DNA of 41,528 nucleotides from an uncultured Mycobacterium sp. Lineage in GTDB: Bacteria; Actinomycetota; Actinomycetes; Mycobacteriales; Mycobacteriaceae. The position numbers and the translations under genes were made by a program. The stretch covers positions 1 through 41,528 of the forward strand of contig NZ_CAXUCH010000012.1 of the NCBI RefSeq assembly GCF_964249325.1. Reading direction: 5' to 3'. Positions 30,459 through 40,502 of this stretch are shown here, one piece after another. Below the pieces are notes generated by a model. That model searched no databases. It had not been told where the DNA came from and saw nothing but the letters and a program-made list of their open reading frames with translations. Positions within the stretch are counted from its first letter, which is position 1. Every line of letters begins with the position of its first letter.

Positions 30459-31283
30459 TCAGTGATCCTCGGTTTTCCGCAACACAATGGTGGATTCATC
30501 GACGGGTTGCTCGGGATCTGAAGCAGCGCCAGCCTCATCATTCGCAGCTTGCAGAGGCCCAGTAGCCGGCATCTCGGTTGACGGTTCGTCGTCGACCCGC
30601 CCCTCCTGCTCGGTGGCAGCGAGGTTCTCGAAGACATCGGTCGCGTGATCGGACGCGTGCAGCGCCGTTGACCCTTCAGCATCGGCCGGTTCTATTGCCG
30701 ACGCCTGCGGCGCAGGTTCGGCTGAGCCGGCCGGCTCACCTGACAGGGCCTGCTCGTCCGTCCGCATGTCCGGGTAGACAACCGGCCGCACCTGTTCGCC
30801 GCACTCCGGCGAATCAGCACCGGATGCAGCGGTGGTGTTGTCGGCGGTCGTTGGGGCGTCCACGCGATACCGCGCATGGCCACAGGTGTTGAAGGGGCCA
30901 CCATTGGTGTTGCGGCGCCGCCGGCGCCCGGAATCTTTCTGCCGCTCGGTGCGCAGTTGACGCAGAGTCGACTCGACGCGCCGAACCGCAGCGGCGCGCG
31001 CATCGGCAACGATCCGCGCTTCGCGGGCCCGATCATGCATTCCGGCTTGCCGGCGGAGGCGCAGTTTCTCGTTGGCACAACGTGCTATCCGCTGCAGGTC
31101 CGCCGTCAGATACTCGGCAAGCAAAGCCGTTTCCGCTGTTGTCGTCGACAACTCGTCAGGCCAAAGCCCAGCGATCACCCAAGGGGTGCAGTCAACAGCG
31201 GCGTCGAAGCCCGGGTTGGTCGGGGATTGTTCAGTGGCGCTGCGGGGGCGCCGGCGCGCGGTCAGCCAACCCAAGATCGCCAC
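30459..31283 (-). CDS. Rv0029-like mycobacterial protein, probably C-terminally truncated
   Basis: MAILG...DCTPWVIAGLWPDELS..TAETALLAEYL.ADLQRI...RRVES matches the Rv0029 N-terminus as I recall it. A low-complexity linker follows, then a stop. Confidence 0.65.
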   Translation of the reverse strand: MAILGWLTARRRPRSATEQSPTNPGFDAAVDCTPWVIAGLWPDELSTTTAETALLAEYLTADLQRIARCANEKLRLRRQAGMHDRAREARIVADARAAAVRRVESTLRQLRTERQKDSGRRRRRNTNGGPFNTCGHARYRVDAPTTADNTTAASGADSPECGEQVRPVVYPDMRTDEQALSGEPAGSAEPAPQASAIEPADAEGSTALHASDHATDVFENLAATEQEGRVDDEPSTEMPATGPLQAANDEAGAASDPEQPVDESTIVLRKTEDH

Positions 31284-31329
31284 CGGCTTAGCGTACCGTC
31301 ACAGCCGGCTCGGCTTCCTATGGAGTTCG

Positions 31330-32226
31330 CTACGGCTGCCCGCACAGCACCGAATCGAGATTGTCGACGGACCTCAGGGCCGCGATCAGCTCGGTGGATC
31401 CGCTGATCCGGGTCGCGCACAGGTCGTAGTCGGTGTACACCAGCCACGATCGATCCGCGGGCCACATGTTGTTCGGCGTAAAGCCGGTGTCGTCGACCAG
31501 GGATCTCACCTCGCGCAGGTGTCCGGTGAGCATCCGGGGACCGTCGCGTAACGGTGGGCACCCGAAGTAGAAGTCGCACTGCGCCAACGCCGCTGGGGGA
31601 GTGTGGTCGGTAAGCACCGCGATCAGTGCCTGCAGGCTTTCGTCGTCCAGCGATCCTTCCGCGGGCGGTAACAGGGCGACCGGCCAGCTCGACAGCTCAG
31701 TGGGACCGATCCGCGGACAGCTTGCGGGCGGGATCACTGCGCGATCCTCCCATTGCTCGTGCGGGAGGTAATGCAGATCGGGCCAGCGACCCGACACCGC
31801 CCAGAACCCGAAACCGGCGCGCCTCCCGATCTCGGCCCATCGCACACGGCGCCACGACCCACCCGGCCGCTCGGCGAACCCCAGCGACTGTCCCGTGGTG
31901 ACCGTCAACTCGTCGAGATTGATCTCGCCCACCATGGTGGGCTGACGTAACCCGGCTTTGATGGCTTGCTGGTGGATGTCGTGATGAGTCATGTCCGCGG
32001 GCAGCTCCGGGTTTTCATACACCGCGTTGAGAATCCACAGCGACGCATGCCAGCCGGTCACCGGATCAAAACCGGTCCCTCCTGGGATCCCCCCGTCGGC
32101 CGGCAGGTCCTCACCGGCCAGCCACGCTATGCGCGACCTGGCTTCATCATCATCGAGATCATGCACCGCAGCATTGTTGCTGCGAGGTGTCGCCGTGTCC
32201 AGCGGCACCGCACCTTGTCGCTTCAT
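31330..32226 (-). CDS. Hypothetical protein
   Basis: Protein-like composition; TPNNMWPADRSWLVYTDYDL motif. Start uncertain (32166 possible). Confidence 0.75.
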   Translation of the reverse strand: MKRQGAVPLDTATPRSNNAAVHDLDDDEARSRIAWLAGEDLPADGGIPGGTGFDPVTGWHASLWILNAVYENPELPADMTHHDIHQQAIKAGLRQPTMVGEINLDELTVTTGQSLGFAERPGGSWRRVRWAEIGRRAGFGFWAVSGRWPDLHYLPHEQWEDRAVIPPASCPRIGPTELSSWPVALLPPAEGSLDDESLQALIAVLTDHTPPAALAQCDFYFGCPPLRDGPRMLTGHLREVRSLVDDTGFTPNNMWPADRSWLVYTDYDLCATRISGSTELIAALRSVDNLDSVLCGQP

Positions 32227-32337
32227 GCGTTGGTCGGCCAGCCAGCAGGAAGCGTCGAGTCCCCCGCCAGGGAGCGACGCCCGGAGTCACACCGTACCCG
32301 AGGCGCCATCTGCCTAGCGCTCACGGCGCGCAGGCTG

Positions 32338-32702
32338 TTCAAACGCATCGACATCCTGGCCAGCACCCGCCACATCCGGCTCGAACTAGACGGGCGCCTA
32401 CTCGCCGAATCGTCACGACCGATGTTGCTGTTCGAGACGCTGCTGCCGGTCCGGTTCTACCTGCCGCCCGACGACGTGGTGGTCGACCTTCAACCGAGCG
32501 AGACCGTTACCTACTGCGCGTACAAGGGGCGGGCGTCGTACTTCTCGGTGCCCGACGGTCCTGCCGATGTGGCCTGGACCTACCATCAGCCGCTGCACGA
32601 CGCCGAGCCAGTGCGAGACCGAATCGCCTTTTCGACGAGCGCGTGGACGTGGTGGTCGACGGCGAGCGCCGGGAACGCCCGGCCACCAAGTGGTCGCGCT
32701 GA
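32338..32702 (+). pseudogene. DUF427 protein 3' remnant, frameshifted
   Basis: LFETLLPVRFYLP, TYCAYKGRASY and AWTY motifs; FDERVDVVVDG continues in another frame after the TTTT at about 32630; no start codon. Confidence 0.85.
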
Positions 32703-32947
32703 CGGTGAAGCGGTCGCGCGTATCAGGCAAGCTGACCGACACGTCCTCGATTCCTACGCCGTGCGAATGTGATCGCGGATTACTACCAAAAGCTTGCTAC
32801 TACTGTCAGATATAGACAACGCCAGGGGAGTTGGCGTCATCGTGTCTGACGGGAAATAGTAGAGGATGCCGGTGAATAATGCCGGTGTTAGCAGAAGGCT
32901 GGTGGTGTAGACAACAATGTCAGACTGCGCCGCCGGTGTTGACATTG

Positions 32948-32963
32948 TGACAGTCAACTGCCA
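32948..32963. promoter_or_regulatory. TetR-type operator
   Basis: TGACAGTCAACTGCCA upstream of 33002. Confidence 0.75.
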
Positions 32964-33001
32964 TCTTTGGAGGCCGTGAGAACGCCCAAGGACGCCTCAC
33001 G

Positions 33002-34051
33002 GTGACGGACCTCAAGAGCGCTGGCCGCGTCGCTGGTTCAGGACCGCCATCGGCGCCGGATGCGCACATCAAAACCCTTCGGCCTGTGCTCTTTTGGTCG
33101 AGTATCGGTGTGGTATGCGTGGCATTCGCCGCCTATGTCTACACCTCATGGATCGTCTCGGGCAATGCGACGCCGGCTGATCCGGGACCCGATCCGATCC
33201 CGGGCGCTACACAGTTGGCAATGACCATCTTCCAGATCGTCTGCCCGATACTGGCACTTGTCGCGATCGTTTACGCGGTCCGCAAGAGCGTGCGGGAACG
33301 TCAACTCTGCGTCGAGGCCGCCGTCGTCATCGGGTCGACGCTCGCGTGGTGGCACGACCCCCTGATCAACTGGTTTCAACCGGTGCTGTTTTACAACGCA
33401 GGGCTGGTGAACTTCAGCAATTGGATGGAGAACGTCCCCGGCTCGCTGAGCCCGGGCAGTCGGCTCATGGCGGAGCCAGTGCTGATGATCGGGATGATTT
33501 ACATCTGGATGCCCCTAGCCATGGGCAAGGTCGCAAAATGGGCGATGGGCCGGGCGCGACGCCAGCGGCCGACGCTGGGACCGGTCCGCACCTTCTGCTG
33601 CGGCTGGCTGGCCGTATACGTCATCGAGTTCCCATTAGAAATCGTGGCGCTCCATTGCGGGCTTCTCGGGTATCCGGCCTCGATCCCGGCGCTGACACTG
33701 TGGGCAGGCCAGACGGTTCAGGTTCCGCTGTACGGGCCGGTGTTGTGGTCGCTGGTGTTGAGTTCCAGCGGTGCGTTGATGTTTTTCCGCAACAAGAAGG
33801 GACAGATCCGGGTCGAGGGCGGTGCCGAGACGCTGCGCTGGGCGGGGGCGAAAACGAAGTCGCTGCTGCGGGTACTTGCCGTCACGGGGTTCCTGCACGT
33901 GGTCGCGATCGGGATCTACGATGTCCCGCTCAACCTGACCGGTCTGTACGCCGGGCCGACCGAAACATACCCGACCTATCTGCGCACGCAGTTCTGCGGA
34001 CCTGACACACCCAGACCCTGCCCGGACGGCACCCGATTCAACGACCGGTAG
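33002..34051 (+). CDS. AveC-like (spirocyclase family) membrane protein
   Basis: Multi-TM; DPLINW...YN...VNFSNW..NVPG...EP motifs of the AveC/DUF5135 family. Confidence 0.78.
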   Translation: MTDLKSAGRVAGSGPPSAPDAHIKTLRPVLFWSSIGVVCVAFAAYVYTSWIVSGNATPADPGPDPIPGATQLAMTIFQIVCPILALVAIVYAVRKSVRERQLCVEAAVVIGSTLAWWHDPLINWFQPVLFYNAGLVNFSNWMENVPGSLSPGSRLMAEPVLMIGMIYIWMPLAMGKVAKWAMGRARRQRPTLGPVRTFCCGWLAVYVIEFPLEIVALHCGLLGYPASIPALTLWAGQTVQVPLYGPVLWSLVLSSSGALMFFRNKKGQIRVEGGAETLRWAGAKTKSLLRVLAVTGFLHVVAIGIYDVPLNLTGLYAGPTETYPTYLRTQFCGPDTPRPCPDGTRFNDR

Positions 34052-34057
34052 GGGCGG

Positions 34058-34646
34058 CTACTTCAACACCGACGGCAACGCGGCGAACTCCTGCCGAATC
34101 AGATCGTCGAGAGCGCGATTTGAGGTGGACAACCATCGCTTATGGCGCGCTCGACCCAGCAGCATCCCGATCGCCGCGAGCAGGCGGCATTCGTCATCGG
34201 GTGCGGGCCGCTGACGCCGCTGCGCGATCACCTTCGCGACGGTATCGGCGTGGGCCTGGTGGTTCTGACGTTCATGACCCTGCAGTACGAAGGACGAAGC
34301 GACCGCTTCGTGATACTGCGCGATCCGCTTGCGGATGCGTTTCAGGCCGGGCGCGAGCAGAGCGAAGGAGGCGGCCATCGCTTCGTAGTCCGACAGGGCG
34401 TCGGGCTGGGCGAGGAACACGCCGCTGAAGGCGTGAATGAAGCCGTACTCGCCGGAGAACAGCACCGATTCCTTGGTCGGAAAGTAACGGAAGAACGTCC
34501 GCGGTGACACGCGGCTGCGTCAGCGATCTCATCGGTGGTCGTCTGTCCACACCCGTTGGCGCTGAACAGATTCAGGGCAGCCTCCAGTAGCGCCGTGCGC
34601 ATCTTGTCCGCATGTTCGCTCCGCGGCGAACGATCGCCCGCGCCAT
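34058..34646 (-). pseudogene. TetR regulator (cassette B), two 1-nt deletions
   Basis: 589 nt versus 591 nt for the paralog 21040..21630; losses in codon 3 and near 34511, inside the HTH. Confidence 0.88.
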
Positions 34647-34751
34647 CGGTCAGCCTCCTCAGCCGCATCGCCGCTGATGCAATACAACCACCCAAAGTGT
34701 GGTGCGTCGTTGACACCTGCTGCCGCGCCGACGATACTCAAGCATCAGATG

Positions 34752-34767
34752 TGACAGTCTACTGTCA
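34752..34767. promoter_or_regulatory. TetR-type operator
   Basis: TGACAGTCTACTGTCA between the divergent tetR and P450. Confidence 0.85.
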
Positions 34768-34812
34768 TAGTTCGAATTCGCAATCGCTGCGTCTGGAAAG
34801 GGTCTTCCCGAC

Positions 34813-35991
34813 ATGTCCGAAACCGCCTTGAACGGGACCGTGAACATCAACGACCTGCCATTCGGGCGGGATCGATCACGCGCATGGCGGGAGCTGCGTG
34901 AGGCGGGCGAGGCGGTGACCTCCGGTGACGAGGTCGTGCTCACGAGCGCCGCGGCGGTGGAGTTCGCTGCCAAGAGACCGCAGATATTCTCGTCGGCCAA
35001 GGCGTTCGACGTCTTGGGCAGCCCCGTCCCACTCGTCCCGATCGCGATCGATCCCCCCGACCACACCCGATTCCGCCGCATGTTGGACCCGTTCTTCAGC
35101 CCTAAGAAGATGGCTGAGCGCGAGCCTGAATTGCGCCGGCAGGCAGGGGAATTGATCGACGCGATCGTGGACAGGGGCGAGTGTGAAGTGATGGCGGATC
35201 TCGCCACGCCGTTTCCCTCGCAGGTCTTTCTGACGCTGTTTGGATTGCCGATGGCAGACAGGGACAGGTTGGTGCACTGGAAGGACGCGATCCTGCAGTT
35301 CACCGATCCCGGCAGCGGCGAGCCGACGCCCGAGGTCCTGACCTATGCGCTGGAGCTCTTCACCTACCTCAACGAGCACATCGCCGAGCGGCGAACGGAC
35401 ACCTCCGGCACCGACATGCTCACACAATTGATCCAAAACACCGAAGACGGCGGCATGAATGACACCGAGATTCTCGGGCTGTGCTTCATGTTCGTGCTCG
35501 CCGGTCTCGACACCGTCACCTCGGCCGTCGGTTTCTCGTTGGCCAAGCTCGCTGGGGATTACTCACTGCGGCAACGGATCAGTAACGACTTCGCTCTCAT
35601 TCCGGGCTTCATTGAAGACCTGCTCCGTGTCGACGGACCTGTTCCGTTCGCTCCCCGAGTCACCACCGAAGAGGTCGAGGTAGCGGGCCGAGTGCTGCCC
35701 AAGGACACCAGGGTGATGCTGAGCTACGGTAGTGCGGACCGCGATCCACAACGGTATGACGATGCAGACGAGGTGCATCCGGACAGCAAGGCGGTGCACT
35801 TCGCGTTCGGGCGGGGTCCGCACCGGTGCCTGGGCTCCCATCTGGCGCGCTTGGAGCTGCGCCTCATTCTCGAGGAGTGGCACACCCGCATACCTGAGTA
35901 CACCCTGATCGACGGCAAGCAGCCACAGGTGCCGTGGCCCACCGGCACCATGGGATTGCAATCGGTGCCACTGAACATCAGACCCGCGTAG
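34813..35991 (+). CDS. Cytochrome P450 (CYP143-like)
   Basis: DPPDH, AGLDTV and FGRGPHRCLG motifs; K-helix reads EDLLR. Confidence 0.95.
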   Translation: MSETALNGTVNINDLPFGRDRSRAWRELREAGEAVTSGDEVVLTSAAAVEFAAKRPQIFSSAKAFDVLGSPVPLVPIAIDPPDHTRFRRMLDPFFSPKKMAEREPELRRQAGELIDAIVDRGECEVMADLATPFPSQVFLTLFGLPMADRDRLVHWKDAILQFTDPGSGEPTPEVLTYALELFTYLNEHIAERRTDTSGTDMLTQLIQNTEDGGMNDTEILGLCFMFVLAGLDTVTSAVGFSLAKLAGDYSLRQRISNDFALIPGFIEDLLRVDGPVPFAPRVTTEEVEVAGRVLPKDTRVMLSYGSADRDPQRYDDADEVHPDSKAVHFAFGRGPHRCLGSHLARLELRLILEEWHTRIPEYTLIDGKQPQVPWPTGTMGLQSVPLNIRPA

Positions 35992-36036
35992 CTATCCGGA
36001 GGTCTGGTCACCCGAATACATAGTTCGTCCAAGCGC

Positions 36037-36957
36037 TCAGCCGACCTTCGGGATGATCTCCTCGGCAACCCAAGACATGTGGTCGAGATAGGCGTTGAAG
36101 CCCTCGAGGGGTGGCGGGTTGACCCATGTATCGGTAACCCCGAGTTCGGCCAGCATGTTGCAGTTGTCGATCACCTGCTGGGCGCTCTGGCCGAACTGCG
36201 CATTAGGGTCATCGACGATGGCGTGCTCCTGACCGATGGCCAACACCGCGAGGCTGTAGAAGAGCGAGAACGCCCTGTCGTCAAATCCCGGCTGCGACCG
36301 CAGATAGTCCATCTTCGCCGGGAGTTCCTCGGGTCTGGTCGTCCAGGGTGCCCAGCCGTCCCCGAATCGGGCCGCTCGGCGCAGCACCGCGTCGGCGTCT
36401 CCCCCCATCCAGATCGCCGGACGGGGCTTTCGAATCGGCTTGGGTCCGAACGCCACATCCGTGAATTTCACGAACTCGCCGTCGAAACTCGGCGAGTCGC
36501 TCTGCCACAGCTCGAACATCGCTGCGAGGCACTCGTCGGTAACGCGACCACGCTTGTTGAAGGGCACCCCGATCGCGTCGAATTCTTCTTTGAGCCAGCC
36601 GACCCCCACCGTCACCTGCGCCCGCCCGCCGGAAAACCAGTCCAGCGTCGCAATCGCTTTCGCGGCGATCACTGGGTTGTGCAGCGGCAGGATTGTCACC
36701 ATCGAGCCGACCTGAATCGCCGAGGTGGCACCCGCGACGAACGCCTGGGCCGTGGTGGCGTCGAAGTAGTGATCGCCCGACAGCGCGAGATGCGGGGTCG
36801 GCGTCAGGTAATGCTCGGGAAGGAACACCATCGAGTATCCGAGGCGCTCTGCGGTCTGGGCGGCCAGCGCGATGTCCTGACCGGTCAGGCCGTGCTCCCA
36901 CGGCTGGGTGATCGCTGCGACGTGCATGCAGTTGGGCAGGTATACGGTGAATTTCAT
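36037..36957 (-). CDS. F420-dependent LLM-class oxidoreductase
   Basis: GYSMVFLPEH, VGVGWLKEEF and PAIWMGG motifs; GGAAGG RBS before ATG 36957. Confidence 0.92.
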   Translation of the reverse strand: MKFTVYLPNCMHVAAITQPWEHGLTGQDIALAAQTAERLGYSMVFLPEHYLTPTPHLALSGDHYFDATTAQAFVAGATSAIQVGSMVTILPLHNPVIAAKAIATLDWFSGGRAQVTVGVGWLKEEFDAIGVPFNKRGRVTDECLAAMFELWQSDSPSFDGEFVKFTDVAFGPKPIRKPRPAIWMGGDADAVLRRAARFGDGWAPWTTRPEELPAKMDYLRSQPGFDDRAFSLFYSLAVLAIGQEHAIVDDPNAQFGQSAQQVIDNCNMLAELGVTDTWVNPPPLEGFNAYLDHMSWVAEEIIPKVG

Positions 36958-37037
36958 TGCCAGCCTTCCCGGTTTGGGTGGAGAACCCGAGGCACGCACT
37001 TTCGGCGACCGCATGTGGCCGAGTGACTAAAACATTA

Positions 37038-37053
37038 TGACAGTCTACTGTCA
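37038..37053. promoter_or_regulatory. TetR-type operator
   Basis: TGACAGTCTACTGTCA, identical to the 34752 site. Confidence 0.85.
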
Positions 37054-37136
37054 GAGTCAACGGTGGACCGCTCGTCAACCAGCCGGTGCGGGCGTCGGTA
37101 TCGTTTCCCATAGCCACAGTCGACCAAGAAGCGGTC

Positions 37137-37531
37137 ATGTCCAGCACGCAAGCAGTCCAGCCCGGCGCGATCGACTGCGCGACCGATGGTCCCGCGAGGG
37201 CTGGTCAAAATGCTTGCCGAGGGCCTCAATTCCGAACTGCGTGGCACAGATGTGTTCGTGAGCGTCGTGTTCCCCGGAGCGGTCAGGACAGACATCGCGA
37301 TAATTCGGGCGTGATGACTCCGGAGGGAAACGAAGCGACGGCGAACTCGATGAGGATGATGCCGGCGCCAGTGGCGGCCACCAAGGTCGTCCTCGGCATC
37401 GAGAAGAATTCCAGGGGGTCTTCGCCGGGTTCGACGCGCTCCTGCTGGACAAGCTGAGCCGCGTTGCGCCGCTTCTGGCCGCCAAGCTGGTCTGGAGGCA
37501 GATGCGCGACGTGTTGCCGCACCCGCGTTAA
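37137..37531 (+). pseudogene. SDR remnant (internal deletion plus frameshifts)
   Basis: VKMLAEGLNSELRGTDVFVSVVFPGAVRTDI and the C-terminal DALLLDKLSRVAP are typical of an SDR C-half; the Rossmann fold is missing. Confidence 0.7.
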
Positions 37532-38649
37532 GAGCTCAGCAACTCACCTGTGTCCAGATCCGAGCAGGCCTCAGCGAATCGGCCGAGCACCGCTGTGACA
37601 ATCTCCACCGAGTACATCTGATCGGGCGTGATCGCCCACATGCAAAAGCCCCACGCCGGGCAGCCGCGGTAGGCGGTCCACATCTCCTCGCGATCCGGCG
37701 GCGACGACACGCCAGCGTCCAGCAGCCGCCCGCGGTAGTTGTCGAGCAGTTCCCGCTCGTGCGTGCGCCGGAGGTCGGGGGCCAGGGCGCCGATCAGTGC
37801 ATAGCCGACATCGTGCGACCACGACCCGCGCCGCACCAGTTGCCAGTCCAGTACACCCATCCGGCCATCGGGCAGTGTGTACGTGTTACGCGGATGTGGA
37901 TCGCCATGCAGCAGCGTGATCGGCCCGCGTGCGACCTGCTCCTGAAGCTTCCAGAACGCCGCTTCCAGTGTGTCCGCGTCGGCACCCGCGGCGTCGAGCA
38001 GTTCACGCTTGTGCGGATGTTCGAGAAATGTGCGGATGATCGCAAATCCATTGGCGCGCAAGAACTCAGCGAACCCTCCGGTGAGGGGGTGCTGCAGCCA
38101 GGACAGGTCACCGCCCTCGATCAGTCGCGGACTGCCCCAAAAGGGGGCGTGCACCTGGCTCAAGGTTCCCAACAGCTCGTCGACCTGTTCTACCGAAAGC
38201 CCCGCCACGGCATCGGGGACCTGCGCTCCGCGCAGGGTGATGTCTTCACCGAGAATGATGAACTGCGACGGACCGTCCAGGTGATCTGCGAAGTACGTCT
38301 TCATCGTCTCGACATTCAAATCCGCGCGAAGGTCGCGGTAGAAGCGGGTCTCGTCGTCAAGCAGCACCGTCCCGCCACCGCCCTCGGACAATTGCACATC
38401 CACGGCGTCGGGTAGGTCGTGCACGGTGTTCAGCTGCGTCTTGAGAAAGAGGTTGTGCGGCAGCGGAGTAGCCGGATCGGCGTATTCCACATCGAGATGC
38501 ACATGAGATGTGGTGCCCTGCCAGGTGCGTCGCACCGCGACGGCGGTGACCACCACCGCGGGGTCGCTGCGGCGCAACAACGAGGTCAGTACCTCAGGAG
38601 TTACGTCGTCGGCGCAGCGCAGTGTGATGGGCAGGGCCTCGCTGGTCAT
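37528..38649 (-). CDS. APH/EcKL-like phosphotransferase
   Basis: LFLK, ETRFY, LLHGDPHPRN and LDWQ kinase motifs; AAAGGA RBS before ATG 38649. Confidence 0.9.
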   Translation of the reverse strand: MTSEALPITLRCADDVTPEVLTSLLRRSDPAVVVTAVAVRRTWQGTTSHVHLDVEYADPATPLPHNLFLKTQLNTVHDLPDAVDVQLSEGGGGTVLLDDETRFYRDLRADLNVETMKTYFADHLDGPSQFIILGEDITLRGAQVPDAVAGLSVEQVDELLGTLSQVHAPFWGSPRLIEGGDLSWLQHPLTGGFAEFLRANGFAIIRTFLEHPHKRELLDAAGADADTLEAAFWKLQEQVARGPITLLHGDPHPRNTYTLPDGRMGVLDWQLVRRGSWSHDVGYALIGALAPDLRRTHERELLDNYRGRLLDAGVSSPPDREEMWTAYRGCPAWGFCMWAITPDQMYSVEIVTAVLGRFAEACSDLDTGELLSS

Positions 38650-38707
38650 CGCAATCCTTTTCGGTTTGGGCCGGTGTGACAGGGACCGTCGCATTAGGCG
38701 CTCGTTG

Positions 38708-38731
38708 ACTATGACAGTTAACTGTCATAGT
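38708..38731. promoter_or_regulatory. TetR-type operator, 24-bp perfect palindrome
   Basis: ACTATGACAGTTAACTGTCATAGT between divergent genes. Confidence 0.85.
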
Positions 38732-38772
38732 GTCACAGCTAGCTCGATCCCAGGTGAAAGGCGTGTCTGCTA

Positions 38773-39138
38773 ATGGCCCAAGACATATTCATTGTGCTGA
38801 CCAATCCGATCGAGGGTCAGGACGAGGCGTTCAACAAGTGGTACGACTCCCAGCATGTGCCCGAAGTCCTCGACGTACCCGGGGTGATCGCCGCGCAGCG
38901 CTACGACCTCTCGGAGGTGACTGTCCCAGACGATGAGGACCTGCCCGCGCAGCTGCCCCCGCCGACACACCGCTACCTGGTCATCTACGAGCTGGACAAC
39001 ACCCCCGACGTGGTGATGGCCGAATTCCTCAAGCGGGTGATGGCAGGCACGCTGTCACTGGGCGAATACCTGGATCTGAGCACAATCTCGTTGACGGGAT
39101 GGACTCCCCGCGGCGAGCGTGTGGTGGCGGATTCGTAG
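38773..39138 (+). CDS. Dimeric alpha/beta-barrel (EthD/DUF4286-like) protein
   Basis: FNKWYDSQHVPEVLDVPG..AAQRY and YLVIYEL motifs. Confidence 0.85.
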   Translation: MAQDIFIVLTNPIEGQDEAFNKWYDSQHVPEVLDVPGVIAAQRYDLSEVTVPDDEDLPAQLPPPTHRYLVIYELDNTPDVVMAEFLKRVMAGTLSLGEYLDLSTISLTGWTPRGERVVADS

Positions 39139-39746
39139 TGGCGGAGCTGCTGGCCGTCATGCACGCCCAACGTGCGTGCCGGCGATTCGATCCTGACGGC
39201 AAGGTTCTCGACGCTGACCTGGAGCGCATCCTTGAGTCCGCCGTTCACGCCCCGAGCGCCGAGAACACCCAGCCATGGTCGTTCGTCGTCGTCCGAAACG
39301 AGGAGACCAGGGCCCAGCTGGCCGATTGGTGGACCGAGACCTGGAACGCGGGCGGCGGCGACTTCATCCGGCAGAGCGTCGACGATAAGGCGCTGGTGGC
39401 CGACCTCGAATACGGCTTCAACCGAGGCGGATTCGCCGCGGCGCCGGTGGTCGTGGTGGTCTGTGCCGACACCGAACGAGTGCCGGAGATCTACGCACCC
39501 TCCTCGATCTATCCCGCGGTGCAGAACATGCTGCTCGCCGCGGCCGACCTCGGTTACGCGTCCTGCTTGACCACTGGGCTCACCACGTTCGGCATTGAGC
39601 GGGTCCGCGAGAAGCTCCAACTCCCCGACACGCTGCTGCCCATGGCCGCGGTGTATCTCGGAAAGTCGGCCAGGAAGCTGTCACCGCCCCGTCGTCGTCC
39701 TGCGGCATCGGTGACATACCGCGAACAGTTTGGCAAGCCCTGGTGA
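39138..39746 (+). CDS. Nitroreductase family flavoprotein
   Basis: QRACRRF, APSAENTQPWSFVVV and AVQNMLLAA motifs. Confidence 0.92.
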   Translation: MAELLAVMHAQRACRRFDPDGKVLDADLERILESAVHAPSAENTQPWSFVVVRNEETRAQLADWWTETWNAGGGDFIRQSVDDKALVADLEYGFNRGGFAAAPVVVVVCADTERVPEIYAPSSIYPAVQNMLLAAADLGYASCLTTGLTTFGIERVREKLQLPDTLLPMAAVYLGKSARKLSPPRRRPAASVTYREQFGKPW

Positions 39747-39773
39747 CGATTCAATGAGAACGGAGCGTTGCCA

Positions 39774-40116
39774 ATGCCATTGGCGATAACCGAAGACCAC
39801 CGCGCTGTCGCCGATGTCGCCAAGGCGATTGTGGCCGGTCGGTCCGGCACGCCGGGGCGCGCCGCATACTGCTGGAGCCGAAGAGGCAGGGCCGCTAGTG
39901 GCGTGACGACGGCCTGTGGAAGGAGATCGTCTCCACCGGATGGCTTGGCCTGCACGTCGACGCGCAGTTCGGCGGCGAGTGGTATGGACTGCCCGAGTTG
40001 ACAATCGGCTGGAGCAACTGGGCCGCGCCGCCATCGGCAGTCCGTTTCTGCCAACGGTCGCAGCGTCTGCGGTGATCGCCGAGATCGGGACCGACGAACA
40101 GCACAAGCGATGGCTG
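39774..40116 (+). pseudogene. 5' remnant of fused acyl-CoA dehydrogenase (paralog of 22784)
   Basis: MPLAITEDHRA...EQLGRAAIGSPFLPTVA...KRWL with frameshifts. Confidence 0.9.
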
Positions 40117-40502
40117 ACGGAGATGTATTCGCGCACAGCCGGTCCTAAGATCTGGGAAAACACCGGACTCACCCAGCCGACATGGATGTCGCCTGCATGT
40201 ACGACTGCTTCACCTACACAGTGATGGCGACGATGGAGGGCTTCGGCTTCTGCGAGAAGGGCGAAGTCGGAAAGTACTTCTCGACCGGGCGGGCCACCTA
40301 CGGCGGCGACGTGGTGGTCAACCCGCACGGCGGCCTGCTGTCGGAGGGCTACATTCATGGGCTCAACCACCACTACCATGCGGCGCTTCAGCTGCGCCAC
40401 GTAGCGGGGGTCCGCCAGGTCGACAACGCACAATTGGCTCTGGTCACCGCGGGTGGTGGTCCGTTCGGCGGCGCCAACGTATACAGCAGGGAGAAGCCAT
40501 GA
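40117..40502 (+). pseudogene. 3' remnant of Ltp2-like thiolase (paralog of 24955)
   Basis: TEMYSRTAGP...MDVACMYDCF...YSREKP*, joined directly to the ACAD remnant. Confidence 0.9.
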
